Assembly (NCBI GenBank): GCA_965203555.1
Contig: CBDBCY010000004.1
Coordinates: forward strand, 320,001 to 384,000
Direction: 5' to 3'
DNA from: Acidimicrobiia bacterium
GTDB taxonomy: Bacteria > Actinomycetota > Acidimicrobiia > Spongiisociales > ZC4RG35
DNA: 64,000 nt
The first letter of the stretch is position 1. Every line of letters begins with the position of its first letter. The notes beneath the pieces are model-generated. The model made no database searches, was not told the origin of the DNA, and worked only from the letters and a program-made list of their open reading frames with translations. Positions 10,327 through 20,560 of the stretch are shown here, piece after piece. The position numbers and the translations under genes were made by a program.

Positions 10327-12216
10327 ATGTGGCATGGTTGGTACGGGTACATGCGGAGCCTTGGAGAGTCTCCTCCTGCGGTAGATCGGAAGTTGTTGAG
10401 GAGGGTGGCAGGCTATGGGCGGCCCTACCTGACTCAACTGGTGGGGGTGCTGGTGACGGTAGTGGTCATCTCCGGGCTGTCGGTGGTTCCTCCCATCCTG
10501 ATACGGCTTCTGATCGACGAGGCGATACCGGAAGGAAATCTGGTGGCTCTCACCTGGCTGGGAGCGGGGATGGTGGCGGTCCCGGTGGTGAGCGCCGGGG
10601 TGGGCATCGTGCAGCGCTGGTGGTCCGCCCGGGCCGGAGAGGGCATCATCTTCGACCTGCGCCGGGGGCTCTACGCCCATCTGCAGCGCATGTCGCTGGG
10701 GTTTTTCACCAACACCCGCACCGGTGAACTCATTTCACGCATCCAAAGCGACGTAGTGGGCGCCCAGCACGCCATCACCGGCACCTTCGTCACCATCCTT
10801 TCCAATCTGGTGTCGGTGGCCGCCATCCTGACGGTGCTGATCGGCGCCGATTGGAGATTGACGCTGATGGCGGTGGCGGCGTTGCCGCTGTTCATCGCTC
10901 CCGCTCGACGGGTGGCGCGATCGCTGCGAGCGGTCACGGAACGCCAGATGAAACACAACGCCAACATGTCCTCCATCCTCCAGGAGACCTTCAACGTGTC
11001 GGGCGCCTTGCTGGTGAAGCTTTTCGACCGGGGCAGGCGCGAATTGGGGCGCTTTTCCGAGGAGGCGGCCGGGGTGCGGGACCTGGGCGTGAGAAGCGCT
11101 CTGATCGGTACCGGGTTCCAGGCCGCCATGGGAGCGATCAGCGCCCTGGGAACGGCGGCGGTGTTCTGGGTGGGTGGCTGGATGGTGATCGAAGGCCACA
11201 TCTCGCTGGGCACGGTGGTGATGTTCTCGACGCTTCTGGCCCAGCTCTACGGTCCGCTGACGGCTCTCTCCAACACACGGGTGGAGTTCGCCACCTCGCT
11301 GGTCTCCTTCGAGCGGGTATTCCAGGTTCTCGACATTGAACTGGATCTGCCCGAGGCTGCGGACGCACAGGATTTGAGCGATGTCTCCGGGGAACTCGAA
11401 TTCGACGGGGTGTGGTTCCAGTACCCCTCAGAACGGCTGGAGGGAATCGGCGCCGCCCGGCGCTTCACCCCCTGGGACACCCTGTCCCTGGAAGAGGACC
11501 TCGACGATCAGGGTCTGGTTTCCACACGGGAGTGGGCGCTTCGGGACATATCCTTTCGAGTTCCCCCCGGGGCGTTGGTGGCGGTGGTGGGACCGTCGGG
11601 CGCCGGCAAGACCACCCTGTCCTATCTGGTTCCCAGGCTGTACGAGGTGAACCGGGGAACGGTCAGCATCGACGGCCATGACGTGCGGGGTCTGACCTTC
11701 TCCGCCCTGGCCGCGGCGGTGGGAGAAGTGACACAGGAGACGTATCTGTTGCATGACACGATCGCCGCCAACCTGCGGTACGCGGCGCCCGAGGCCACCG
11801 ATGAGCAGTTGCTGGAGGCTTTGGAGACGGCCAATCTCACCGAACTGATCACCGCGCTGCCCAACGGCCTGGGCACTGTGGTGGGTGAACGGGGCTACCG
11901 GCTGTCGGGCGGCGAGAAACAGCGGGTGGCCATCGCCCGGGTGATCCTGAAGAACCCCGCCATCCTTATTCTCGACGAGGCCACCTCCCATCTCGACACC
12001 CGCTCCGAAGCCTTGATACAGGAGGCATTGGAACGCCTGATGAAGAAAAGAACCTCGCTGGTGATCGCCCATCGCCTCTCCACGGTCAAAGCGGCCGATC
12101 TGATCCTGGTGATCGACCGGGGACAGCTGGTGGAACACGGCACCCACCGCGAACTCCTTGATTTGGGGGGTCTGTACGCCACTCTCTATCAAACCCAGTT
12201 CCAGCCGGTCGGCTAG
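10327..12216 (+). CDS. ABC exporter, fused permease/ATPase
   Basis: TM region, GPSGAGKT, LSGGEKQR, ILDEATS, IAHRLST. Confidence 0.95.
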   Translation: MWHGWYGYMRSLGESPPAVDRKLLRRVAGYGRPYLTQLVGVLVTVVVISGLSVVPPILIRLLIDEAIPEGNLVALTWLGAGMVAVPVVSAGVGIVQRWWSARAGEGIIFDLRRGLYAHLQRMSLGFFTNTRTGELISRIQSDVVGAQHAITGTFVTILSNLVSVAAILTVLIGADWRLTLMAVAALPLFIAPARRVARSLRAVTERQMKHNANMSSILQETFNVSGALLVKLFDRGRRELGRFSEEAAGVRDLGVRSALIGTGFQAAMGAISALGTAAVFWVGGWMVIEGHISLGTVVMFSTLLAQLYGPLTALSNTRVEFATSLVSFERVFQVLDIELDLPEAADAQDLSDVSGELEFDGVWFQYPSERLEGIGAARRFTPWDTLSLEEDLDDQGLVSTREWALRDISFRVPPGALVAVVGPSGAGKTTLSYLVPRLYEVNRGTVSIDGHDVRGLTFSALAAAVGEVTQETYLLHDTIAANLRYAAPEATDEQLLEALETANLTELITALPNGLGTVVGERGYRLSGGEKQRVAIARVILKNPAILILDEATSHLDTRSEALIQEALERLMKKRTSLVIAHRLSTVKAADLILVIDRGQLVEHGTHRELLDLGGLYATLYQTQFQPVG

Positions 12217-12295
12217 GGGATCGAAAAGAGCCTGACAGAAATGGCCCGCAGCCTGCCCGGCAGCCGTTGGGCGGCCAGGACGCCCCCGGGAGAGG

Positions 12296-13342
12296 CTAGT
12301 TGGCGAGTCGGCTCAGCGCGTCCGTGGCCGACCATGCCCGATCGTTCATTCTCCAATGTCGCCAATCGGAAGGGGAAACCGTCAGACCTGCCTCCACCGC
12401 CTGCCCGAGCACCGAGATGAACACCCGCAGTTGGCGGGGGAGCGGGAAGTACTCGTCCTCCTCGGTGATGTGGGCCGGCTCCACGCCGTGCCGGGGCGAC
12501 AGCCTTTCCACCACCTCCTGCACCAGATGTTCGGGCGCCGAAGCGCCGGCGGTGAGACCCACCGTTTCCGCGTCCCGCAACCACTCCTCCAAGATGTCCG
12601 ATGCCCGATCTATGCGGTACGCCACCGTTCCCATTTCGCCGGCCACTCGCACCAGCGCCTGGGTGTTGGAGGAATTCTCCGATCCCACCACCAGGATCAA
12701 GTCACAGTATTCGCTCATTTTCTGCACCACGGATTGGCGGTTGGTGGTGGCGTAGCACAAATCGGAGCGGCGAGCCGTCCACAGCTTGGGAAACCGCCCC
12801 GCTGCCTGGTCGTGCACGGTCCCCCACTCGTGCATCCCCAAGGTGGTCTGTGCCAACAAAGCCACCCGGTCGGGGTCCTTGGCTTGGAATTCCCCCAGTC
12901 CCTCCTCGGGAGTCACCAGGGTGATGGACTGCGGAGATACCGCCATGGTGCCCACCGCCTCATCGTGCTGGCGGTGTCCGATGTAGAGGATGTCGTAACC
13001 GTCCTTGGACATCCGCTTCACCTCGTGGTGGACCTTGGTGACCAGGGGGCAGACCGAGTCGATCACAACGGCAGCCCGGCCGTAGGCGGACTCCACCACC
13101 TGGGGCGCCGAACCGTGAGCCGACAGCATCACCGGCGACCCCGGGGGCACCTCGGAGACGTCGTTGACGAACACCACCCCCGCCATTTCGAACACCCGCA
13201 CCACCCACTCGTTGTGCACGATCTCGTGATAGCAGTAGACGGGTGGCTCGAAAATGCGCACCATCCAGATAAGCGCTTTGATGGCCATCTCGACTCCCGC
13301 GCAAAATCCGCGGGGTTCGGCCAACACCACACGTTCGACCAT
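12296..13342 (-). CDS. ispH: 4-hydroxy-3-methylbut-2-enyl diphosphate reductase
   Basis: PRGFCAGV, HEIVHN, DSVCPLVTKVH, LCYATTNRQ, SSNT, TAGASAP. Confidence 0.95.
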   Translation of the reverse strand: MVERVVLAEPRGFCAGVEMAIKALIWMVRIFEPPVYCYHEIVHNEWVVRVFEMAGVVFVNDVSEVPPGSPVMLSAHGSAPQVVESAYGRAAVVIDSVCPLVTKVHHEVKRMSKDGYDILYIGHRQHDEAVGTMAVSPQSITLVTPEEGLGEFQAKDPDRVALLAQTTLGMHEWGTVHDQAAGRFPKLWTARRSDLCYATTNRQSVVQKMSEYCDLILVVGSENSSNTQALVRVAGEMGTVAYRIDRASDILEEWLRDAETVGLTAGASAPEHLVQEVVERLSPRHGVEPAHITEEDEYFPLPRQLRVFISVLGQAVEAGLTVSPSDWRHWRMNDRAWSATDALSRLAN

Positions 13343-13552
13343 ACGGGTTGATGTTAGACGCGTCCCGCCCGCGCAAGCCCGCACCGCCACGGCCTCGCCC
13401 GGGTGCTTCGTGGTCATTCGCCCCGGGGTGTTACACAGGCTCAAGCGCTCACTTCAGCCCGTTGACGCGAACCGAAGCACCATAGATTCAATGAACCTGG
13501 TCGGTTTTCCTGGCACAATCATTGCAATTCGAAGACCCGTAACCTTACGGTC

Positions 13553-14875
13553 ATGATTACAGAGAGGTCGGCCGTGGTGGCGGTGGTGGGCCGACCCAAC
13601 GTGGGCAAGTCCACCCTCATCAACCGGGTGATCGGTCGGCGAGAGGCTGTGGTCCAGTCCCAACCGGGTGTGACCCGTGATCGGCGGATCTTCCCGGCCA
13701 CCTGGGAGGACCGCCGGTTTCTTCTGGTGGACACCGGCGGCTGGGAGATGGATCCTTCCTCTCCCTTCTCGGGGGAGATACGCTTGCAGGCGGAGGCGGC
13801 GGTCAACGGAGCCGACGCGGTGTTGTTCGTGGTGGACGGCACGGCCGCTCTGGGAGATGATGACGAGGGTATGGCGGCGGTGGTCAAAAGAAGCGGGATC
13901 CCGGTGGTGGTGGCCGCCAACAAAATAGACAACCCCCACCGGGAGATGACCGTCTCCGACTACTGGACACTGGGGTTGGGAGAGCCCCATCCGGTCAGCG
14001 CCATTCACGGCAGAGGAGTGGGGGACCTGCTCGATCGGGTGCTGCAGGTCCTGCCCGACCAGGAGACCGCGCCACGGGACGAGCCTCCCCGGATCGCCAT
14101 CGTGGGACGTCCCAACACCGGCAAATCCACTCTGCTCAACCGTCTGTGCGGATCGCAACGGGTGATCGTCTCCAACGTACCCGGCACCACCCGCGACCCG
14201 GTGGACGTGGACGTGGATTTGGACGGAGTCACCTACCGCCTGGTGGACACCGCCGGAATCCGTCGTCGACCCAAGATAACCGAGGACGCCGACTACTACG
14301 CGGTGCTGAGAGCCCGGGACGCCTTGTCCCGCGCCGACGCGGCTCTGCTGGTGGTGGATTCCCTGGACGGCGCCACCTACCAGGACCAAAAGATCGCCAC
14401 TGCGGCGGTGGAGGCCGGAACCGCGGTGGTAGTGCTGCTCAACAAGTGGGACGCCATCGATCCCGAGCAGCGGGAACTCACCGAGAGATCCGTCCCAGCT
14501 CGCCTCGGATTCATCTCCTGGGCGCCGGTGCTGCGCATGTCCGCTCTGACGGGCGCCCGTGTGGGACGTCTGGGCGCAGCGGTGGAGATGGTGCTGGAGA
14601 ATGCCGAACAACGGGTCTCCACCGGAGAACTGAACCGGCTGGTAGCCGACTGGGTGGCCGCGCAACCACCCCCGCCCCGCAAGGGTCGTCGGTGCAGGAT
14701 CAGGTACGCGGTGCAAGTCGGAACCCGACCTCCCACCATCGTGCTGTTCACCGTGGGCGGGAAGCTGGCGCCCGAGTACATTCGATACTTGGAGAGGAAA
14801 CTTCGGGAACAATACGATCTGGTCGGCACCCCGGTCCGGTTCGTAACCCGCCGCAGAACGAGAGAATCGAAGTGA
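13553..14875 (+). CDS. der: Ribosome biogenesis GTPase Der (EngA)
   Basis: Two G domains: GRPNVGKS/DTGG/NKID and GRPNTGKS/DTAG/NKWD. Confidence 0.96.
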   Translation: MITERSAVVAVVGRPNVGKSTLINRVIGRREAVVQSQPGVTRDRRIFPATWEDRRFLLVDTGGWEMDPSSPFSGEIRLQAEAAVNGADAVLFVVDGTAALGDDDEGMAAVVKRSGIPVVVAANKIDNPHREMTVSDYWTLGLGEPHPVSAIHGRGVGDLLDRVLQVLPDQETAPRDEPPRIAIVGRPNTGKSTLLNRLCGSQRVIVSNVPGTTRDPVDVDVDLDGVTYRLVDTAGIRRRPKITEDADYYAVLRARDALSRADAALLVVDSLDGATYQDQKIATAAVEAGTAVVVLLNKWDAIDPEQRELTERSVPARLGFISWAPVLRMSALTGARVGRLGAAVEMVLENAEQRVSTGELNRLVADWVAAQPPPPRKGRRCRIRYAVQVGTRPPTIVLFTVGGKLAPEYIRYLERKLREQYDLVGTPVRFVTRRRTRESK

Positions 14876-15033
14876 ACAGGAATGACCCTTATCTTCCCGA
14901 GGCGGACGGGCCACCCGAGGAAAAAGAGTCCTATCCGGTCGGATTCAAAATAGCGGTGGGATTGACCGCCATTTATCTTCTCTGGCGCTTGGCGCAGGGC
15001 GTCCTGTGGCTGATCTCCCGCATGTTCGGTTGA
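14872..15033 (+). CDS. Small (53 aa) single-TM membrane protein
   Basis: GTG overlaps der stop; ..YPVGFKIAVGLTAIYLLWRLAQGVLWL.. Confidence 0.65.
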   Translation: MNRNDPYLPEADGPPEEKESYPVGFKIAVGLTAIYLLWRLAQGVLWLISRMFG

Positions 15034-15093
15034 AATCATGCCGATCCGCCCGGTGAGACAGACCTCCTCCTTCACCAACACCGTGCTTTTGCC

Positions 15094-15597
15094 ATGGCTC
15101 TGATAGGTTCCAGGGAGAACCCAAAGCCGCGCCGCGCCGCTCGAATCCTGCTGCTCGACACTTCGGGAAAGCTGTTGCTGTTTCGCGTAGCACCTACCAC
15201 ACAGCCGGACCGCGTCTTCTGGTTAACCCCGGGTGGAGGACTGAAGCCGGGCGAAACATATCAAGAGGCAGCCTTGCGTGAGTTGTGGGAAGAGACCGGA
15301 TTGTCCGGAGTGAAACTGGGCCCCTGCATTTGGAGGAGGCAACACGTCTGGGAATGGGACTATGTCTGGTACGAGAACCGGGAGAGATTCTTCCTCCTCC
15401 AGGTTCCTCGATTTCAAGTCGTCCCGAATGCTCCGGACGAACTCTACGGAGAACCCATCCTGGATCACCGGTGGTGGAGCCTGGCTGAGATCAAGGCGGC
15501 GGTGGGCGTCAAGTTCTCACCCAGGCGTCTGGGCGACCTGGCGGCGCCCATCGTGGCCGGGAATCTTCCGCCCGCGCCGATCGACGTGGGCACTTGA
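15094..15597 (+). CDS. NUDIX hydrolase
   Basis: Nudix box GGGLKPGETYQEAALRELWEETGL. Confidence 0.92.
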   Translation: MALIGSRENPKPRRAARILLLDTSGKLLLFRVAPTTQPDRVFWLTPGGGLKPGETYQEAALRELWEETGLSGVKLGPCIWRRQHVWEWDYVWYENRERFFLLQVPRFQVVPNAPDELYGEPILDHRWWSLAEIKAAVGVKFSPRRLGDLAAPIVAGNLPPAPIDVGT

Positions 15598-15718
15598 CCA
15601 GTGGGTTCTCGCCCGATCCTGCGACAGTTCCAAGGAGGGTCCGACGTGCCCCGATCGCCGAGGTGCCCGTGAGTCGACACCCGGAGGTCGACTCCTACCA
15701 GAGATGAGGGAGCATCAG

Positions 15719-15792
15719 TCGGGCTGGCCGGATTTGAACCGGCGACCTCTTGACCCCCAGTCAAGCGCGCTGCCATGCTGCGCCACAGCCCG
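15719..15792 (-). tRNA. tRNA-Pro (GGG)
   Basis: Minus strand CGGGCTG..CTTGA-CTGGGGG-TCAAG..GGTTCAAATCC..CAGCCCGA cloverleaf. Confidence 0.95.
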
Positions 15793-15853
15793 GACCCGCT
15801 AGATGCTAACAGGAGGGGAGAACCATCTCCTCACAGGTAAAATGAGCAGGCCG

Positions 15854-15927
15854 GGGCCCGTAGCTCAAGAGGTCAGAGCAGCGGACTCATAATCCGTTGG
15901 TTGCAGGTTCGAGTCCTGCCGGGCCCA
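15854..15927 (+). tRNA. tRNA with CAT anticodon, most likely tRNA-Ile2 (lysidine)
   Basis: GGGCCCG acceptor, GCGGA-CTCATAA-TCCGT arm, GGTTCGAGTCC; resembles Ile2 rather than Met bodies; TAAAAT upstream. Confidence 0.88.
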
Positions 15928-15997
15928 CACCGTTTCATCCCGTTTCCTGGGATTACAGGCATTACCAAACACCAGGGTCAGATGCGATATCTCTTGG

Positions 15998-16378
15998 TTG
16001 CGGCACGGGACCCTGGCCGGGCGGGCCGCAACCCAGGCAGAGGTTGCACAGGCCGAGGCGCGGCTGGCCGCGGCATGGACTCTGCTGCTTGACGCGATGG
16101 ATCACACCTTTCAGGACGCGCGGGCGGGACGGTCCTCGACCATGGACCAGAGACGCCGGATCCGGCTGGCGGCGACCCATGCCACCCAGACGGCGGCCGA
16201 TGTGGCGGCGTCGATGTTCAGGACCGCGGGCGGCGCCGCGGTGTATCGCACGAGCCCGATCCAGCGCTGCTTCCGGGACGCCGCGGTGGCGGCCCAGCAC
16301 GCCATGGTGGCACCGAGAACGATGGAGACCCTGGGCCGCATGCGCCTGGGTCTCGACACCGAAACGTCAACTCTGTGA
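15998..16378 (+). pseudogene. C-terminal fragment of an acyl-CoA-dehydrogenase-like flavin monooxygenase
   Basis: RLAATHA..AGGAAVY..SPIQRCFRDAAVAAQH; N-terminal two-thirds absent, begins about 70 nt after the tRNA. Confidence 0.75.
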
Positions 16379-16471
16379 TCGGACAGTTACGCAGTCGCCG
16401 TCGGTGTGAGCGTCCCGTGGAGGCTGTGGGGTCCGGCTGCGAGCCTGGGGATGGTCAACCACCACCCGTGA

Positions 16472-16783
16472 TCAGCTTTCTCCCATGCTTCGTTTCACGG
16501 ATTCGGACGCCAACTCAGTAGCCAGGTCGGTAAGCCAGGTCCGGTAGCCATCCTTTTCCAGCATCATCCGCGCCTTGTTCCGATCGATGGAGTTGCGCTT
16601 GGCCCGAAGGAAGTCGTCCACCTGCAATCCCGGAATCTCCTCCGCCGCTTCGATGAGCCGGCTGGCGCCCTCGATAAGCCGGAACGAACCGTATATCGCC
16701 CTCTCATCGAGGCTGACACGGGCGGAGGTGATCAGATAGAGGACAAAGTCGAATAAAGGATCGTCGCGCTTGGCTTCGCTCAC
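16472..16783 (-). CDS. DUF6092-like small helical protein
   Basis: LFDFVLYLITSAR..ERAIYGSFRLIEGASRL; GTG overlaps the nitroreductase stop. Confidence 0.65.
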   Translation of the reverse strand: MSEAKRDDPLFDFVLYLITSARVSLDERAIYGSFRLIEGASRLIEAAEEIPGLQVDDFLRAKRNSIDRNKARMMLEKDGYRTWLTDLATELASESVKRSMGES

Positions 16784-17352
16784 CGTGCCTCGCTCCAATC
16801 CTGCCCGTAGAGGTTGTGGTGGACAGTGGGGTGGAAACCCTTGACGGGCTTGGGGTGATTTGCTACGGGAATCCCGATCGCCATCAGGACTTCCGGCCTT
16901 ATGTGGTCCGGAAGGCCAAAGATGGCTTGGACCACCTCCTCTGTCCAACTCGTGACCTTGCATACACCGATCCCGAGCGTGGGAGCGGCGATAGTAATGT
17001 AGCCGGCCGCGGCGCCGGAGTCGAGCCGTGTGACGACCTCGACTCCTCGCGGACCCATGACTTCCGCAGCCTTTTCGAGGTCGCTGCAGATAACGATGAC
17101 CGCGGGTGCGTTGTTCACGAAGCCTGGACAGGCATGCCGTACCGTCCGTACCAGCCGCGGGTCGGTGACGACGATAAGATGCCGGATACCCGGGCGGGCT
17201 ACCTGAGCTCGGCCGGCCGCGTAGACAAGTCGATCGAGGACGTCGGTGCTCGGAGGTTCGGAAGTGAAAACGCGGTGCATCCGGCGAAGACGCATGGCCT
17301 CGAACACGGTATCCGCCGGGCTGCCACTCCTATCGGGTACGTTTTCGGTCAC
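16780..17352 (-). CDS. Nitroreductase-family protein
   Basis: VFEAMRLRRMHRVF, NAPAVIVIC, LDSGAAA..LGIGVC, LMAIG. Confidence 0.85.
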   Translation of the reverse strand: MTENVPDRSGSPADTVFEAMRLRRMHRVFTSEPPSTDVLDRLVYAAGRAQVARPGIRHLIVVTDPRLVRTVRHACPGFVNNAPAVIVICSDLEKAAEVMGPRGVEVVTRLDSGAAAGYITIAAPTLGIGVCKVTSWTEEVVQAIFGLPDHIRPEVLMAIGIPVANHPKPVKGFHPTVHHNLYGQDWSEAR

Positions 17353-17633
17353 CGGCACCATGCTACAACCATCCAAACGTCACCCACCTGACCTGACCTG
17401 GCAATGGCCGTTGGCGTTATGGCCGTCGGACAGGGGCGGGCCGCCATTGGATTCCCCACAACACCAAATCGGCCAGGTTCATGTCAATCTGCATGGGCGA
17501 GAATCCGCCCGGAATAGCGCCTGACTCAAGCTGTTTCCGATCACCCATTGGAGCACCTGCGTCACTCCCTGATGCCGGTTCATTCTCTGCTGGCGCCATC
17601 TTCTCAACACCTGTTATTGTGAAACGCTGAGCT

Positions 17634-18182
17634 ATGGCACGCATCAAGGTCATTCCCGATGACGCCTGGGACGGAGCACTCGGCGAACTCCATCCGCGGG
17701 TTGTCGATCCTGCATACGGCCGGGTCGACAACATCCTGGCCGTGCACTCGCTGAACCCCCGCGGCATGGCGGCGCATCAGGGTCTGTACGAATCGGCCAT
17801 GGCCGGCACCGCAACGCTCCGCAAGGTCGAGCGGGAGATCATCGCTCTGGTCGTGAGCCTTGAGAACGACTGCCACTATTGAGTCGTCCACCACCGGCGC
17901 GGTCTGCGTCGGCTGCTCCACGACGACCAACTCGCCGCCGCGATAGAACAGGACTGGACAACCGCAGCGCTGTCGTCAAAGCGGGTGGCGATGCTGAGGT
18001 TCGCGGTCAAACTGACGGTGACACCGAGCGCGATGAATGACGCCGATGTCAAAGCCCTGCGAACCGTCGGCTTCTCTGATCGTGACATACTCGACATAGT
18101 CGAAGTGGTCGGTTACTACGCCTACGCCAATCGGATCGCCGATGGTCTGGGCCTTGAGACCGAAACGTGGATCCCCGACTGA
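17634..18182 (+). CDS. AhpD/carboxymuconolactone-decarboxylase-like peroxidase, probable selenoprotein (CxxU; TGA 17880-17882)
   Basis: EREIIALVVSLENDCHY-TGA-VVHH continues in frame to AMLRFAVKLT..YAYANRIADGLG; SECIS-like hairpin after TGA. Confidence 0.85.
17883..17927 (+). promoter_or_regulatory. Bacterial SECIS-like hairpin
   Basis: 11-nt spacer, CCGGCGC/GCGTCGG stem, GGTCT loop; lower GTCGTC/GACGAC pairing. Confidence 0.7.
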
Positions 18183-18383
18183 ACCACAAGGGTTGGGGGA
18201 GGATCGTTCCAGATGCGGCGCCCAGCGCGTCTGCGGTCAAGCGGGCACGAATAGGAATATCTGCGCCCATGAGGTCCGATTCTTGCGCTGTCTGACGCGT
18301 GGTGGGTGCGATGGCAGGGGCGCCTGAAAGACGATAGGGAAGGGGAGTCCGGGACTTTCCCACTGACGGTAATGTGCTGATCC

Positions 18384-18884
18384 ATGAGTGAGACTTACCG
18401 ACGCATCCTCGGCCTGCGGGCCATCCGCCAATACCAGGACCGCCCCGTCAGAGAGGAAGACCTCGACCGGGTGCTGGAAGCTGCCCGGTGGACGGGCAGT
18501 TCGAAGAACCGTCAGAACTGGTCGGTGGTCGTCATCCGCGACCGGGAGCAGATCGAGCGACTGGCCGGGTGCGGAGACTTCACCAGGCCTCTCGGGGCGG
18601 CGCCGGTGGCGCTGGCGCTCGTCCAGGAACCGCGGACCTATGAATTCGACACTGGACGCATGGCGCAGAATATCATGTTGGCGGCCGATGCTCTGGGCAT
18701 GGCCACCTGCCCCATCACCCTGCACCGGGACCATGACGCCGCCGCGGTCCTCGGGTTGCCGGCAGGTTGGCGCTGCCGTTACGCAATAGCGCTCGGATAC
18801 CCGGCCCCTTCCGCCCGCCCGGCCCGGTTCGGGGGTCGCAAACCGATTGGCGACATCCTCCATCAGGACACGTTCGGCCCATGA
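18384..18884 (+). CDS. Nitroreductase-family protein
   Basis: LRAIRQY, RWTGSSKNRQNW, FDTGRMAQNIMLAA, ALGYP. Confidence 0.9.
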   Translation: MSETYRRILGLRAIRQYQDRPVREEDLDRVLEAARWTGSSKNRQNWSVVVIRDREQIERLAGCGDFTRPLGAAPVALALVQEPRTYEFDTGRMAQNIMLAADALGMATCPITLHRDHDAAAVLGLPAGWRCRYAIALGYPAPSARPARFGGRKPIGDILHQDTFGP

Positions 18885-20560
18885 CTGCAGTCGCCCGCGC
18901 GCTGGCCGACGAGTACTGGCAGTTCCAACTCGAAAACCGCCACTTCGCCAACCTGGCCCGCGGGGAGTTGAGCCGCCTGGAACAGTGGGACGATCTCTCG
19001 GATGAAGGACGGTCGGCCTCCAGGGAAGCTTCACGCCGGTGCTCCCGCGATGCCGCCCGGATAACCGGTGAGGATGCCTCCGAGCGGATACTGGCACAGA
19101 CGGTGGCCGCAATCGCCTTCATGGATGCGACGGTGACAGTCTGGTGGCCGCAACTGCAGGCAGCCAATTCCCAGACCGGGCTGCTGAGCGCGATGCTTCC
19201 GGCGCTCCACTTCCAGCCCCTGGTCACCGCCGACCACGGCCGCCGGTATCTGGAAAAGCTGGGTCGTTTCCCGGCGATGATCGACCAGTTGGTGGACCGG
19301 TTGAAGGAAGGGGCCGCTGCCGGAGTGACACCCCTTACCCGCCACGTGCACCAGACCATGACGAAGCTCGACCAGGTCCTGGGTCGGCCATCGGTGGAAG
19401 ATCCGATCTCCACCCAACCAGCGCCCACCGAATTTTGCACGGTCGAGGCCAACCGGTGGCAGGCCGCGCTGGTGGAGGCGATCGAAAACGGCGTCCGGCC
19501 CGGCCTGGCCCGCTTCGAAGAGACACTTCGCCAGGTGACGCTTCCCGCCGGACGCCCCGACAACCGGGCCGGGCTGTGCCACCTTCCGGGTGGTGACGCG
19601 GTGTACCGCGACATGGTCCGGGGACACACGACCCTGGACTCCGAACCCGAGGCGATCCACCAGTTAGGCATGGAGAGAGTCGAGTTGCTGGAGGATGAAT
19701 ACCGGCGCATCGCCGGACCGCTACTCGACATCACTGATGTCTCTGACATCTACAGTCGCCTGCGTGACGATCCGCAACTGCGGTACGCCAACTCCGAGGA
19801 TCTGGTGAAGGACGCGCTCGGTTGCCTCGACAAAGCCACCGCCGCGATGGGAGAAAGGTTCGACCCGACCCCCAGGGCGCCCTGCCTGGCCGACCCGATC
19901 GATGTTGGCGCCATGGCCTACTACTACCCGCCCACCGCCGACGGAACAAGACCGGGCCGCTTCTTCTTCAACGTTGCCGACCCGACTGCCTGGACCACGT
20001 TTCAAGTTCCCGCCGTGGCCTACCACGAAGGCATACCTGGCCACCACCTCCAGATGGCCCTGGCTATCGAGAACACCGAGATCCACGACATACACCGCAA
20101 CTCCTACCTGCCGGCTTTCGGTGAAGGATGGGGTCTGTACAGCGAACGCCTCTCCGACGAGATGGGCCTGTACGCCGACGATTGGGAGAGGATCGGAATG
20201 CTCACCGCCGATTCGCTGCGCGCCGGGCGGCTGGTGGTGGACACCGGCATCCACGCGCTGGGCTGGTCACGCACCAAGGCAATCGAATTCATGGCCAACC
20301 ATTCGCCCATGTCTCTTCACGAGGTCACCGAGGAGATCGACCGGTACATCGCCTGCCCCGGCCAAGCACTCTCATACATGCTCGGACGCCTAGAGATCGA
20401 GTCCCTGCGCGCCGAGGCTGAATCACTGCTGGGGACGGCGTTCGACATCAAGGGGTTCCACAGAACGGTCCTCGGCAACGGCGCCGTTTCACTGAGCACT
20501 CTCCGTACCGTGGTCCGTGAGTGGGTGGACTCACACCGAGGAGTCCACAGGCGTGTTTAG
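18881..20560 (+). CDS. DUF885-family protein (metallopeptidase-like)
   Basis: YHEGIPGHHLQ, AFGEGWGLYSE, RLVVDTGIH, EIDRYIACPGQALSYMLG. Confidence 0.9.
   Translation: MTAVARALADEYWQFQLENRHFANLARGELSRLEQWDDLSDEGRSASREASRRCSRDAARITGEDASERILAQTVAAIAFMDATVTVWWPQLQAANSQTGLLSAMLPALHFQPLVTADHGRRYLEKLGRFPAMIDQLVDRLKEGAAAGVTPLTRHVHQTMTKLDQVLGRPSVEDPISTQPAPTEFCTVEANRWQAALVEAIENGVRPGLARFEETLRQVTLPAGRPDNRAGLCHLPGGDAVYRDMVRGHTTLDSEPEAIHQLGMERVELLEDEYRRIAGPLLDITDVSDIYSRLRDDPQLRYANSEDLVKDALGCLDKATAAMGERFDPTPRAPCLADPIDVGAMAYYYPPTADGTRPGRFFFNVADPTAWTTFQVPAVAYHEGIPGHHLQMALAIENTEIHDIHRNSYLPAFGEGWGLYSERLSDEMGLYADDWERIGMLTADSLRAGRLVVDTGIHALGWSRTKAIEFMANHSPMSLHEVTEEIDRYIACPGQALSYMLGRLEIESLRAEAESLLGTAFDIKGFHRTVLGNGAVSLSTLRTVVREWVDSHRGVHRRV

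Noticed and set aside
13454-14914. 486-aa minus-strand ORF
   Set aside because: Antisense shadow of der.
15671-15694. GAGTCGAC..GTCGACTC hairpin as a mobile-element end
   Set aside because: A single hairpin between the convergent NUDIX and tRNA-Pro genes; more simply a terminator-like structure.
15854-15927. tRNA-Met assignment for the CAT tRNA
   Set aside because: It lacks the initiator features (C1:A72 mismatch, three G-C anticodon-stem pairs) and the body resembles Ile2; not fully excluded without a covariance model.
17400-17630. Minus-strand peptide ..NLADLVLW.. as an amidohydrolase relic
   Set aside because: The match is too short to support.
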